A DNA stretch of 32,000 bases from Mycoplasma todarodis (GCF_965212735.1 NZ_CBDBYJ010000002.1:96692-128691); one strand, 5' to 3'. Shown: positions 19,118-30,979, counted from the stretch's first letter. Notes: generated by a model from the letters alone, not told the origin. A program made the numbers and translations.

Positions 19118-19723
19118 TTATTTTGAGTAGTACTCAACGATAAGTGCTTCATTGATTTCTGAGTTAAGTTCTTTTCTTTCAGGTAATCTTGTTAGTTTAG
19201 CTGAGAAAGTAGCTTTATCAAATTCAATTCATGCAGCAGGAGCTTTAGCTTCCATAGCTTCAACGATTTGAACGTTTTTTCTTGATTTTTCTTTTAGAGT
19301 AATAACATCTCCAAGTTTGATTTGCATTGATGCAATATCAGCTTTTTTACCATTTAATGTAAAGTGACCGTGGTTAACAAGTTGTCTTGCTTGACGTCTT
19401 GTAGCAGCCATTCCCATTCTGTAAACAACGTTATCTAATCTTGTTTCTAGCATTTGTAGGAAGTTAACCCCGGCAACACCACGTAGTTTAGAAGCTTTTT
19501 CAAATGTTTTTCTGAATTGTTTTTCATTAATTCCGTACATGAATCTAACTTTTTGTTTTTCATGTAAGTGTAGACCGTAGTCTGACATCTTAATTCTTCT
19601 AGCTCCATGTTGTCCTGGAGGAGTTTGTCTTTGTTTTCCTTTTGCGAATTCTTTTCCTGTTTCTAGGATTGAGAAACCATATCTTCTTGATTTCTTAAAT
19701 GTTGGGCCTGTATATCTTGCCAT
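19118..19723 (-). CDS. rpsD: 30S ribosomal protein S4
   Basis: [21 protein letters not shown].., preceded by SD AAAGGAG. The track ORF stops at TGA (19229-19231), but code 4 extends it by 37 codons (..[39 protein letters not shown]) to TAA at 19118-19120. The track's N-terminal extension ([11 protein letters not shown]) is rejected. 201 aa. Confidence 0.93.
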
Positions 19724-19875
19724 AAGTATCTCCTTTAGTTTTCTTTTTATATGCATAACTAAGGCTTAATTTCTTTAATGATGTGTTGACACAAATAGGT
19801 TCGGCGTCCAGCGAGCTTACTACTAATCCTGTGTTGACAACGCTAATCAAAAAATAATTAAGTGCTGTATATGCT
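19724..19875 (-). promoter_or_regulatory. Long 5' leader of rpsD, candidate S4 autoregulatory RNA
   Basis: About 150 nt lie between a candidate promoter (minus strand TTACAT..TAAAAT at about 19878-19905) and the ATG. The region is locally GC-richer (ggttcggcgtccagcgagc) and contains two copies of TGTCAACACA (plus strand TGTGTTGACA at 19782-19791 and 19831-19840). Confidence 0.4.
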
Positions 19876-19909
19876 CCTTTATTTTACACTATTTTTATAT
19901 AATGTAACT

Positions 19910-21637
19910 ATGGAAATGTGAAAAGTAATTTTATTATCAGTTGGAATTCCAGTAATTATAATCATAGGAATAGCATTAATAGTGCTTATTACAAGGATTA
20001 TGTTCCAAAAAAAACACGAAGATTTGGTTAAGTCCACATCTACTTTTGTTGAGCGAGAAAGATTGAAAAAAGTAGAGATAATGTACCAAAGAATTTCTAT
20101 TATTGCAAAAACCAATGCAAAATATGAAAAATTGTTTGAAGAACTTTCAAAAGATTTTGATCAAATAGATGAAACTTTTAAACTACTTGATAAAGAGGTT
20201 TCAGAATTACAAATTACATATAAGAAAATGAACTCAAAAACACTAAGTGTTGAGTTAGAAAAAATAGAATTATTAAATTCAAAATTAACTTCAAAAATTT
20301 CTAAAATATCGAGAGTTGCAAATAAGGTTCTTAAACAAGAAGAATTTTTAAGAAACGAAATGTCATTATTTAGAGAAAAAGGAAGAATGATTTCAAATAG
20401 TTATTCAAAGAAAAGAATTAGACTAGATAAGGTTTCTGCAAAAATTGATGCATTGAATAATCAAATAACTCAAAGAACTAAAAAATTCGATCGTTTAATT
20501 GAAAAAGGAAAAACAAGAGAAGCTTCTGATTTAATCGAAAAGATAAGAGAAGACATTATTAAATTCGGAATAATAATTAATGAAGGTCCAAAGATACAAG
20601 CTACACTATACGATGCAATTCCTTCATACATCAAAAAATTAATTGGAATTTACCAACATGCTGAGACATCATTAAAGGTTGACTTATCTCACATTGATTT
20701 TACGAACTCAGTTAAACACCTTTCTTCTAGTTTTAATAAAGCAAAAGAATTATTCATCGAATTAGAATTAGAAAGTGTAAAGAAAGAAGTAATTTATTTA
20801 ATTAAAAATATAAAAGCTATTGAAAGAATTATTAATTCTGAAATTAAAGCACGTAATATATTTGTTAAAGAATTCATGACTTCTCAAAATATAGTTGCTT
20901 CCACACTTAAACAATATGTTCAAATTCGTAAAGAAGTTAAGAAACAATCTCAAAAAGGAACAGTTCTAAATGCTGAAATTACTGAGATTATGACAAATCT
21001 AAAATTCGAAATCGCAGATTTAGATGAAACAGTAATGTCATTCTCTAATTTAATTTCTGATAAAAATATTCCATTCACTTCAAAATTATCACGTATGAAA
21101 ATCTTATTAAATAAAAATATTTCCGCAGTAAATATGATGAATGAACTTTATGAATTATTATGAAGAGATGACTTAACAAAAAGAACTATCCAAAATAAAT
21201 ATATGCAAGCTGAACATGCAATGATCTCATTAAGAGCTAAAGTAATAGATTCAAATATATTATTATCTAGTCAAGAGGAACAACAATTGATAGATATTGA
21301 AGAAACAAAAGAATTATTAAAACAAACATTATCAATCGCACCTTTCAATGCTAAGAAAGCTGAACAACATTCTAAAAATCTTATGGAAAACGTAGCTTCT
21401 TATTATAAAGTTGTTGGTGGAAAAATTGAAATGTCTAAAATGATTAGAAATTTAATTAAAGAATTTGCTCCAAATAGGGCGATGGATGCTAAACTTAATA
21501 TAGCATTTGTACAAGGAGAGAAACAATTCTTGGCAGGTAAATACGCATCATCATTAAGAATAACAATCGATGCTGTTGAGGATTTATTAGAATCATCAAC
21601 CAAAAGGAGAAAACATGTACGGAACAATACTAATTAG
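19910..21637 (+). CDS. ezrA: EzrA-like septation ring formation regulator (N-terminal TM plus long coiled coil)
   Basis: ATG at 19910 with TATAAT at 19898-19903. N-terminus MEMWKVILLSVGIPVIIIIGIALIVLITRIMFQKK is a single TM, followed by about 540 aa of heptad-rich helical sequence. 575 aa, similar in size to B. subtilis EzrA. The position between rpsD and thiI matches the B. subtilis neighbourhood as I recall it. 2 in-frame TGA codons. Confidence 0.6.
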
Positions 21638-22754
21638 ATTTGGTGAACTATCAACCAAAGGAAAAAATAAAATGTCTTTCGTTAGACAATTAGAAAAAAA
21701 TATTAAGAAATTAATGGGAGTAGAACCTGAAGTTCTTTTCGACAGAATGTTTTTAGAATATTCAGAAGAAAATATGGAAGGTCTACAAAGAATCTTTGGT
21801 ATTTCATCTTACTCACCAGTTATGACTGTTGATACTGAAATGGAAACAATTAAAGATGCGGCTTTAAAGTTAGCACAAAAATTCCCTGAAGCAAAAACAT
21901 TTAAAATAGCAGCAAGAAGACACTGAAAGAAATTTGAAAAAACATCGCAAGAACTAAATGGATTACTTGGTGGACACATTTTAGAAAATACTGATTTAAC
22001 AGTTAATGTTAAAAAACCTGATCTTAAAATTGAAGTTGAAGTAAGAAATGGTAAATCATATGTATTTTGTGAAAGAACTCAAGGACTTGGTGGTTACCCA
22101 GTTGGAATCAATGGGAAAGTGCTACATTTAATTTCAGGTGGAATTGATTCACCAGTTGCAGCATTCGAATTAATGAAGCGTGGACTACATGTTGATTACT
22201 TATCATTCATCACTCCTCCTTTTACAGATAACAAAACAAGAGAGAAGATTTCTGAAATTGTTAACTTACTTAATAAATATCAAGGTAAATCATATATCTA
22301 CAGATTAACTTATACAGATTTAATGCACACAATTGGATTAACTTCTAAACAATCATATAAAATCACATTAATGAGAAGATCATTCTATAGAATCGCATCT
22401 AAAATTGCTGAATCAAGAGGATTCCTTGCAATTGCTAATGGTGAAAACATTGGGCAAGTTGCTTCTCAAACACTTGAATCAATTCATACTATTCAAGAAC
22501 AAGCAACATTACCTGTTTTAAGACCAATCTTAACAGCTGATAAAATCGAAACAATTAATAAAGGTATTCAAATTGGTACATATGAGATTTCAATTGTTCA
22601 AGCATCTGAAACATGTGAACTATTTGCACCAAAGGCACCAGTTACAAAACCTACACCTAAAGAGGCATACAGATTAGAAGAAGAATTCGGTAATTTACTT
22701 GAATTAGAAGATAAATGTATGGAAGGTATGGAAATCGAAAGAGTAGAGTTATAA
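21615..22754 (+). CDS. thiI: tRNA 4-thiouridine(8) synthase ThiI (short form without rhodanese domain)
   Basis: SD AAAAGGAGaaaacATG; overlaps the end of ezrA by 23 nt. N-terminus MYGTILIRFGELSTKGKN and PP-loop motif LISGGIDSPVAA. 379 aa, ending shortly after the AANH domain. Confidence 0.88.
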
Positions 22755-22767
22755 CTCTATTCTTTTT
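22744..22767 (+). terminator. Rho-independent terminator overlapping the thiI stop
   Basis: tagagt / actcta hairpin followed by ttcttttt. Confidence 0.6.
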
Positions 22768-22796
22768 ATATCCATTATATTTGTTAAAATATAAGT

Positions 22797-25709
22797 ATGT
22801 CTAGATACGTAAACTTACACACAAATACTGAATATTCATTGTTGGAATCAACAATTAAGATAGATTCATTAATAGAATATGCAAAAGAAAACAAAATGGA
22901 TACCCTTGCAATAACAGATCACAACGTTATGTATGGTGTTGCCGAATTTGTTGATAAATGTAAAAAAAATGGGATTAAACCAATAATCGGTTTAGATCTT
23001 GATGTTGAGGATTTCAGAATGGTTCTTCTTGCTAAGAACTATAATGGATACTTAGATTTAGTGAGACTTTCATCAAAAAGAGTTCGTAATGAAGAAATCA
23101 AAATCAAAGATATACCTGTTAAAGACCTCTTCTTAATAGATCACCCAACTTTAGGACACTATGCAACTAAAGGTGAAATTTTACAACTTCACAATTACTA
23201 TGTTGGTGTTGAAAAAGGTGAACATCCAAACGGAGTAGCCATTTTTGAAGCTAGAACATTAAAGGAAGAAGATAATAAAGCTTTAACTATTTTAAATTAC
23301 ATTAAAAATTCAGAACAAAAAGACTTTAATATGAAACCTTATAATTACAACCCAATGGGTGTTAGTTCTCTTATGATAGAACAAGCTATTGCTATCGCTA
23401 AAGAATGTAATGTTGTATTTCCGGAAGTTAAAAACATACTTCCTAGTTTTCCAACACCAGATGGTTTAACATCACCAGCATACTTAAAACATATAATCCA
23501 AGACAACATTGGAAAAAGATTAAAAGAAAAAGCTTTTGATGCTGAATATGTAAAAAGAATTAGATATGAAGTTGGTATTATAGAAAAATTAGGTTATTCA
23601 GATTATTTCTTAATTATTTGAGATTTAATTAAATGAGCAAAAGAACAAGATATAGCTGTAGGTCCTGGTAGGGGTTCAGCTGCTGGTTCACTTGTTTCAT
23701 ACATTCTGGGTATTACTGATATTGATCCAATAAAATTTGAACTTATCTTTGAGAGATTCTTAAACCCTGAACGTGTTACTATGCCGGATATCGATATTGA
23801 TATTCAAGATAGTAGACGTGATGAAGTTGTTAAATATATGTTTGATAAATATGGTGAAAATAAAACTGCTTTAATTATCACATTCTCAAAATTAGGTGCA
23901 AAAATGGCCTTAAGAGATTCAGCGAGAGCTATGGGGATTACTCCAAGAGAAGTTGATGTTCTTTCAAAAATGATTAGACTTGGGGAAACATTAGAATCAA
24001 CATATAGAAAAGTTTCTGCTTTTAGAGCTCACATTGATAGAGATCCAAAGATGCAAGAGTTATTCTTTGCTGCAAAGAGTATTGAAGGTCTTCCAAGAAA
24101 TCATGGAACACATGCTGCTGGTGTAGTTCTTTCTAAAAATGATATTTCAAATTCTGTTCCAACAATTAGTGGAATAAATGATTATAACCAAACACAATAT
24201 TCAATGGATTATATGGAAGCAAATGGTTTACTAAAAATTGATATCCTTGGGTTAAGAAACTTAACAATAATACAAGACATCCAGAAAGAAGTTTACGACA
24301 ACTACCAAAGAAGATTAGTTCTTGAAAAAATTAAGTTAAATGATAAAACAACAAATAAATTACTTTCTGATATTGATACTAATGGTGTATTCCAATTAGA
24401 GTCTTATGGAATGAAAAACACATTAGCATCAGTAGGTGTAGCTGGTATTGATGATATAACTGCTATATTATCTCTTTATAGACCAGGTCCAATGGAATTT
24501 ATAAAAACATATGCCGCTAGAAAAAAAGGCTTAGAATCAGTTCCAAGTGTTTCAGTAGAGTTTGATAAAATCACAAAAAGAACATATGGTATTATTGTGT
24601 ACCAAGAACAGATTATGCAAATTGCTCAAGAATTTGCTGGAATGTCTTTTGGTCAAGCAGACATTCTTCGTAGAGCAATCAGTAAGAAAAAAATGGCTTT
24701 AATTGATGGACTAAAAAAAGAATTTACAAATGGAGCATTAGTAAAAGGGCAAACACAAGAATCAATTGATAATGTATACCATTCAATAGAAGCCTTTGCA
24801 TCATATGGTTTCAATAAATCACATGCTGTAGCTTATGCTGTTATTTCATATAGAATGGCATTCTTAAAAGCAAGATTCCCATTAGAGTTTTACACATCTC
24901 TATTAAATGCATCACTTGATTCTCAAAAAGCTGTATTAACTTATGTTAATGAAGCTAAGAAAAAAGATATTGTTGTGAATGCACCTGAAATCAACCTATC
25001 AGAAACAAGAGTATTCAATAAAGAAAAACAAATTTACATGCCACTTAAACTTATTAAAGGGTTTGGTAATGTAGCTTCTAAAAAACTATTGGATGAAAGA
25101 GATGCAAATGGTAAATTTAAAGACTTCTTTGATTTTGTAGCTCGTGTAAAATTATCAGGTCTTGGTGAAGCAGCAATAACATCACTAATACAATCAAATG
25201 CTTTAAGAAATTTTGCACACATGCAAGTTCTTCTTGATACATTACCTTCTGCAATAAGATATGCTGATATGATCACATTTAAAAAAGAAGGTGAAAAAGT
25301 TCTTGATTTCGATTTAATTGCAAAACCTAAAATGGTTCATAGTGAAAGAAACATTAAAAATGAGATTATCTCTGAAAATAAATTCCTAGGATTTAATTAC
25401 AATGTATTCTTTACAGATCCATATGCCACAGAAGAACGTATTAAAGATCTTGAAACAAAAGACACTGTTGAAATAGCTATTTATGTAGATAAGATTTATA
25501 AGAAAAGAAATAAAGACGGAAAAGAATTTGCGGTTATACTTGCGCATGATTCTTCAAATAAAATTGAATTCACTGTATTTAATAGAACATGAGAGTTTAT
25601 TCATAAGTCAAGAGACAAAAAAGTATACATAGCAAAAATAAGGGTAAACATGTTCAATGACAAGAAAAATTACATTCTTGCACAACCTTGAAAGGAAACA
25701 AATGAATAA
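22797..25709 (+). CDS. dnaE: DNA polymerase III alpha subunit, DnaE type
   Basis: N-terminal PHP domain (YVNLHTNTEYSLLES...ITDHNVMYG), GPGRGSAAGSLVSYILGITDIDP, and PDIDIDI. Three fragments join across 4 TGA codons; stop is TAA at 25707-25709. 970 aa. Confidence 0.95.
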
Positions 25710-26832
25710 AATTTTATTAATAGACGGGAACTCACTTACGTATAGAGGATACTTTGCAACTGCATTTTCAAGAGCTGGTATCTTAACAACATCAGATGGA
25801 ATTCCTACTAATGCAGTTCTTTCTATGAACAATATGCTTTCTAACATAATATATACAGAAAGCCCAACTCACATCTTGATAGCATTTGATGCTAAAAAGA
25901 AAACAAGAAGACACGATATATTTCCCGACTATAAAGGTGGACGTTCAAAAACTCCACAGGAATTAATTCAACAATTCCCAATAGTTAAAGAGATGATTGA
26001 AAAGATGGGGATAAAATGATATGAAGTTGAGGGTTGAGAAGCAGATGATATTATTGCAACTGTTGCAAAACAATCAAGTGAAGCTGGACACAAAGTTCAA
26101 ATCCTTTCATCAGATAAAGATTTACTTCAATTGGTAGATGAGAATATCGAAGTATTATTTAATAACAAAGGTGTTAGAGATCTTAATGTTATTACTAACG
26201 ATAATTTCTTTGAAACACAAGGGCATTTCCCAAATCAAGTTGCAGATATGAAAGGTTTAGTTGGTGACTCATCAGATAACTTACCTGGTGTAAAAGGTAT
26301 AGGTATTAAAGGTGCCAATAAATTATTAGAGAAATATGGAACAGTTGAAAACATTTATAGAAATATAGAAGAAATCACTGGAGCAACTCAAACAAAACTT
26401 ATTAATGATAAAGAAATGGCTATGATGTGTAGAGATATTGCAACATTGAAATTTGATGTTGAAATTCCTTATACATTTGATGAATTAGCTTATAGGTTTA
26501 GAGTAACTCAAGAATTAATCGATTTTTATCAGAGATATGAATTGAAATCATTAGTTAATAAATTTTCAAAATATAAATCAAATACTTCAAATGAAGAAAG
26601 TATTTCTGAAAATGCACCGGAACTTCCTATGGAGGAATTAACACCGATGGATATTCCTGCGATTGAAACTCCTTCAATGGAAGAAATACCTCCACTAGAT
26701 ATTCCTACAATAAACATTAGTTCTTCACAAGAATCATTACCTATAGAAGAAATTCAAGATGATATTTTCGAAGAAGAGAATCCTACTGAAAAAGAAAAGG
26801 ATGAAGTTAAATACAAGAATATAATATTTTAA
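25702..26832 (+). CDS. polA: 5'-3' exonuclease (Pol I N-terminal domain only) with an acidic Pro-rich repeat tail
   Basis: The ATG at 25702 overlaps the dnaE stop (ATGAATAA). MNKILLIDGNSLTYRGYFA.., ..LVGDSSDNLPGVKGIGIKGANKLLEKYG (the H3TH motif of FEN-like 5' nucleases). No polymerase domain. 376 aa, with the last ~85 aa unusual. Confidence 0.88.
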
Positions 26833-26852
26833 AAAAGGCGATGCCTTTTTTT
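26832..26852 (+). terminator. Rho-independent terminator
   Basis: aaaggc gat gccttt hairpin followed by a T-run. Confidence 0.8.
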
Positions 26853-26865
26853 ATATAATTCATTT

Positions 26866-27402
26866 ATGATAGCAATAATAGGAAATCCCAATGTTGGAAA
26901 GACAACATTTTTAAGAAAATTAAAAGAATACGGGTATTCAACCTATGAAACCGATGCATGAGTATTAGAACAATACAATAATGAACAATCAGAAGTGTTT
27001 AAAAAGATGATTGATGAATTTGGTGAAAGTATTGTTAATGACAAAAAAATTAATAAAAACGCATTAAAGAAACTAATAAGTGAAGATTTTGATATTTTAA
27101 AGAAAATTGAATTAATTGTTCACCCCTTTATTAAGCAACATTTAGAGGAAAATAAGTATGATTTTGTGGAAATTCCGATATTAAAATGATCTCCTGTTAA
27201 CTTTATCGATTTATTTGATATGGTCTTTAATTTAAAGGGTTTAACCCCCAAAAATAAAATTAGTAATGTGGATAACTTTTCCGATACGCTAATAGACACT
27301 AATAAAAGGGGTTTCAGGACATTTGATACTGTGGATATCTATGCTAAAAACACACAAAATATAGCTGAATTTTTAAAAAAATATGGGATTGCTCCTCGAT
27401 AA
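26866..27402 (+). CDS. coaE: Dephospho-CoA kinase
   Basis: MIAIIGNPNVGKTTFL P-loop, ..LKKIELIVHPFI.. Three fragments join across 2 TGA codons. 178 aa. The position between polA and dnaB matches B. subtilis as I recall it. The sequence is divergent. Confidence 0.65.
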
Positions 27403-27452
27403 ATCTATAATAGTATTACCACTTAATCACTGGGTCAAAATCGGAGGAAATA

Positions 27453-28337
27453 ATGAATCAATATATAGTAGAAGCAAACGAGTATGTATCACAGGATGAT
27501 TTAAGGAATATTAGAACACTATATTTACCAATTATCGGGAATAAAGCTGTATCTTTATACCACGCATTAGCTGATGAGGCAATCGAAACTTTTAAAATAG
27601 ATTTCAGACACTTATCATCATTAATGAACTCTCTTAAATTTAATAAAGAGGATTTACTGTCAGCAAGAAAAACATTAGAGGCAGTAGGTTTAATGAGAAC
27701 ATATGCACAACAAGAAAGATCAACATTCTTATTTGCCATTTCAAAACCATTAGACATTAAGAAGATGCAAAATAATAAACTACTTCTTAATAAACTAAGA
27801 AACGCCATTGGTGAAGTAGAGCTTGAAAGAATCATCTTTGAAAATAAAACACAAACTGTTGATAAATCAGGTTATGTTGAAATTTCAGCAAAATACCATG
27901 AGATATTCGATATTGAACTTACTACTAAAATTCAAAAGACTTCAGAAATTGCAATACCTTCATTCGAAAATAAAGAAGAAGCAATTAAGGGACTTTCAGC
28001 AGAAATGTTTACAAAATTCCTTACAAACGATATTGCAGGACCTACATTATCAAGAACATTTGATACATTAAGAAGTTTAGGATTCTCAAACCAATCATTA
28101 AATACAATTCAAAATTATTCATTTGAAGTAAATAACAAAGTTGTTGCTAAATATGTTGAAACAATTGCTTACGATTTCTATAAATCAGACATCACATCTT
28201 CAAACGATATCGAAAAAGAATTAAACAAAGCATCAGCTTCTAAAAAACATGAGGTTAATGTACAACCAACTTCAGAAATAATATCGGAAGGAGGAGATAT
28301 GAGTTTAGATGAAATATTCTCAGACTTATTCTCATAA
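27453..28337 (+). CDS. dnaB: Replication initiation / membrane attachment protein (Firmicute DnaB, DnaD-like)
   Basis: SD GGAGGaaataATG. The N-terminus ..LRNIRTLYLPIIGNKAVSLYHAL.. is typical of the DnaB/DnaD N-terminal winged helix. Lies immediately upstream of dnaI. 294 aa. Confidence 0.7.
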   Translation: MNQYIVEANEYVSQDDLRNIRTLYLPIIGNKAVSLYHALADEAIETFKIDFRHLSSLMNSLKFNKEDLLSARKTLEAVGLMRTYAQQERSTFLFAISKPLDIKKMQNNKLLLNKLRNAIGEVELERIIFENKTQTVDKSGYVEISAKYHEIFDIELTTKIQKTSEIAIPSFENKEEAIKGLSAEMFTKFLTNDIAGPTLSRTFDTLRSLGFSNQSLNTIQNYSFEVNNKVVAKYVETIAYDFYKSDITSSNDIEKELNKASASKKHEVNVQPTSEIISEGGDMSLDEIFSDLFS

Positions 28338-28343
28338 TTCACT

Positions 28344-29171
28344 ATGACAAAACAAGAAATTATAGATAAAGCTTTAGCCATACCTCGTGTTGCGGCTAGA
28401 GTTTTAGAGCTTAAAATAAATTTAGAACAGTTAGAAAGTGGAATGATCATACTTTTAGAGATACTAACTGAGCAAGAACAAGAAGTGGAACCAAAATATA
28501 TCACTTCTTTTAATCTTGCACCAGATGGATCTTTAGTAATGTCTAAAATCCTTTCTGAAAGAGGTAAGAAATTGTCTATAAATGACAATATCATTACTCA
28601 AACAATGTCTCCTATTAATGAAACTATTAGTTTTGAAGATATGGAACAAACAAGAGAACGTATTGAATTTGGTTTATTCTTTAAAAAATTTAAACAAGAA
28701 GTTGCTGAAGAAACTAATCCAAAAGGCTTTTTCTTATATGGGAAAATGGGTATTGGTAAATCATTCATTGCTCAAGCTATGGCTAACACATTAGCTAAGT
28801 CGGGACATAAAGTAGCATTCTTAAATGTTGCTGAACTTGTTTCAATAATTAAATCAAAATTTAAAACAGGATATGAAGAGTTTCTAGAAGATTTAAGAAC
28901 TGTTGATTATTTATTTTTAGATGATATAGGTGCTGAAACGGTAACTGCATGATTTAGAGATGATATTCTTCTTGGCGTTTTATCAACAAGAATGAATAAT
29001 AAAAAAACTACTTTCTTCACATCTAACTACTCTATGGAAGAGTTAGAGAAAATAGAATCAAGAACACAAGGCGCAAAATATCCAGATAAAGCTAAATCAG
29101 CTAGATTAATGGAAAGAATAAGAGCACTTTCAACTCCTGTTGCAATTAGTGGGCACAATCGTAGATACTAA
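28344..29171 (+). CDS. dnaI: Primosomal helicase loader DnaI (AAA+)
   Basis: Walker [15 protein letters not shown], Walker [11 protein letters not shown], ..TTFFTSNYS.. One in-frame TGA. 275 aa. Confidence 0.85.
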
Positions 29172-29186
29172 GTATCTGCTTTTTTA
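29163..29186 (+). terminator. Rho-independent terminator overlapping the dnaI stop
   Basis: agatac taa gtatct hairpin followed by gctttttt. Confidence 0.75.
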
Positions 29187-29311
29187 ATCAAAATACTTGC
29201 TTTTTCTTTAAAAAATTGTATAATTTTAATGCAGTTCAAGACTGCAGTATACTGCCTTACAAGCACAATAAACATTATAAAAATTATAGAAAACTAAAAA
29301 AGGAAATTAAT

Positions 29312-30304
29312 ATGAAAAAAATCGCAATTAACGGTTTTGGTAGAATCGGACGTCTAGTATTTAGACAAATGATTGAAAACAAAAACTATGAAATCGTTGC
29401 TATCAACGACTTAACATCACCTGCTATTTTAGCTCACCTGCTAAAATACGATACAGCACACGGAAACTTCAACGGAACAGTTGAATCAACAGAAGACTCA
29501 CTAATTGTAAACGGCCAAACAATTAGAATCTACGCTGAAAGAAACCCAAAAGATCTTCCATGAGCAGAACTTAACATCGACGGTGTTGTTGAATCAACAG
29601 GATTCTTCGTTTCAAAAGAAGCATCAATGGCACACATCGAAGCTGGAGCTAAAAAAGTTGTTATTTCAGCACCTGCAAAAGGTGACTTAAAAACAGTTGT
29701 TTACTCAGTAAACGAAGAAGTACTATCAGCAGATGACCAAATCATCTCAGCTGCTTCATGTACAACAAACGCTTTAGCACCAGTTGCTAACGTTCTAAAC
29801 AAAGAATTCGGTCTTGTAAAAGGATTCATGACTACAGTTCACGCTTACACAGGTGACCAAGGTACTCAAGATAAACCACACGGTGACTTACGTAGAGCCA
29901 GAGCTGGAGCAATGAACATCGTTCCTACAACTACTGGTGCTGCTGTTGCTGTTGGTAAAGTTCTTCCAGAACTAAACGGTAAACTAGATGGTATCGCTGT
30001 ACGTGTACCAACAATTACAGGATCACTTGTTGACCTTGTTGTTGAATTAGAAAAAGACGTAACTGTTGCTGACATTAACAAAGCAATGGAAGCTGCTGCT
30101 TCAGATTCAATGGCTTACGTAGTTGACCCAATCGTTTCTTCAGACATCATCGGAGCTACACACGGAACTCTATTTGATTCACTAATGACTAAAGAAATGT
30201 CAGTTGACGGTAAAAAATTATTCAAAATTATTACATGATACGATAACGAAAACTCATACGTTTCACAATACGTAAGAACATTCGATCACTTCATCAACCT
30301 ATAA
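29312..30304 (+). CDS. gapA: Glyceraldehyde-3-phosphate dehydrogenase
   Basis: [14 protein letters not shown] (NAD-binding motif) and the active site [12 protein letters not shown]. The ATG at 29312 follows aAAAGGAaattaat; the track's upstream extension from 29216 is rejected. 2 in-frame TGA codons; stop is TAA at 30302-30304. 330 aa. Confidence 0.95.
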
Positions 30305-30316
30305 TAGTTGATAAAG

Positions 30317-30341
30317 AAAATAGGCAATTTGCCTATTTTTT
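30317..30341 (+). terminator. Rho-independent terminator
   Basis: aataggc / gcctatt hairpin followed by a T-run. Confidence 0.8.
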
Positions 30342-30384
30342 GTTTCGCCCTTTTTATATTGCAAATATAAGTTATAATGTGTTT

Positions 30385-30936
30385 ATGTGAAAATTTATAG
30401 TATCAGCATCAAAAAAATCGAATTGATTAAATACACACGCAAAAGAAGTGTGTTTCGTAGGTAGATCAAATGTAGGTAAGTCATCACTTATCAACGCATT
30501 AGCTAATCAAAAAATAGCTAGAACATCAAATACACCTGGGCGTACACAATTAATTAACTACTTTGAAAATGAAGATGGAAAAATGATTGTCGATTTACCT
30601 GGGTATGGTTTTGCTAAGATGCCCAAAAAAGAATTAAAGAAAATGTCTGAAATGGTTGAGGAGTATTTCGGAGAAAGACGTCAATTAATCATGACTTTTT
30701 GTCTAATTGATTCTAAGATAGGTATAACATCAGATGATTACGATATGTTTGAGTATTTAGAGGCTGTAGGACGTCCTTACTTTATTGTAGGTACAAAAGC
30801 CGACAAAGCTAAACAAACAGAAATCTCAAGTACCTTAAAACAAATTCATGAATTAGGAGTTGATTATTTAATTACTTCAGCTTCAAAAGGTAAAAATATT
30901 AATAAACTTAAAGCAGTTATTAAGAAAATATTTTAA
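30385..30936 (+). CDS. engB: Ribosome biogenesis GTPase YihA/EngB (YsxC)
   Basis: ATG at 30385 with TATAAT at 30374-30379. G1 motif GRSNVGKSSLINAL, G2 region PGRTQ, G3 DLPGYG, G4 TKADK. 2 in-frame TGA codons. 183 aa. Confidence 0.88.
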
Positions 30937-30949
30937 ATAATTGTAAAAC

Positions 30950-30979
30950 AAAAAAACAAGGTTACTTGTTTTTTATTTT
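30950..30979 (+). terminator. Rho-independent terminator
   Basis: aaacaag gtta cttgttt hairpin followed by a T-run. Confidence 0.8.

Noticed and set aside
29216-29311. The ORF track gives N-terminal extensions for gap (from 29216), rpsD (to 19756), marR (from 4375), polA (from 25657) and grpE (from 10765).
   Set aside because: The extensions begin at non-ATG or poorly placed codons and run through promoter, terminator or upstream-gene sequence. They add residues absent from the conserved N-termini ([32 protein letters not shown]). Internal ATGs with an SD or a -10 box at proper spacing were preferred.
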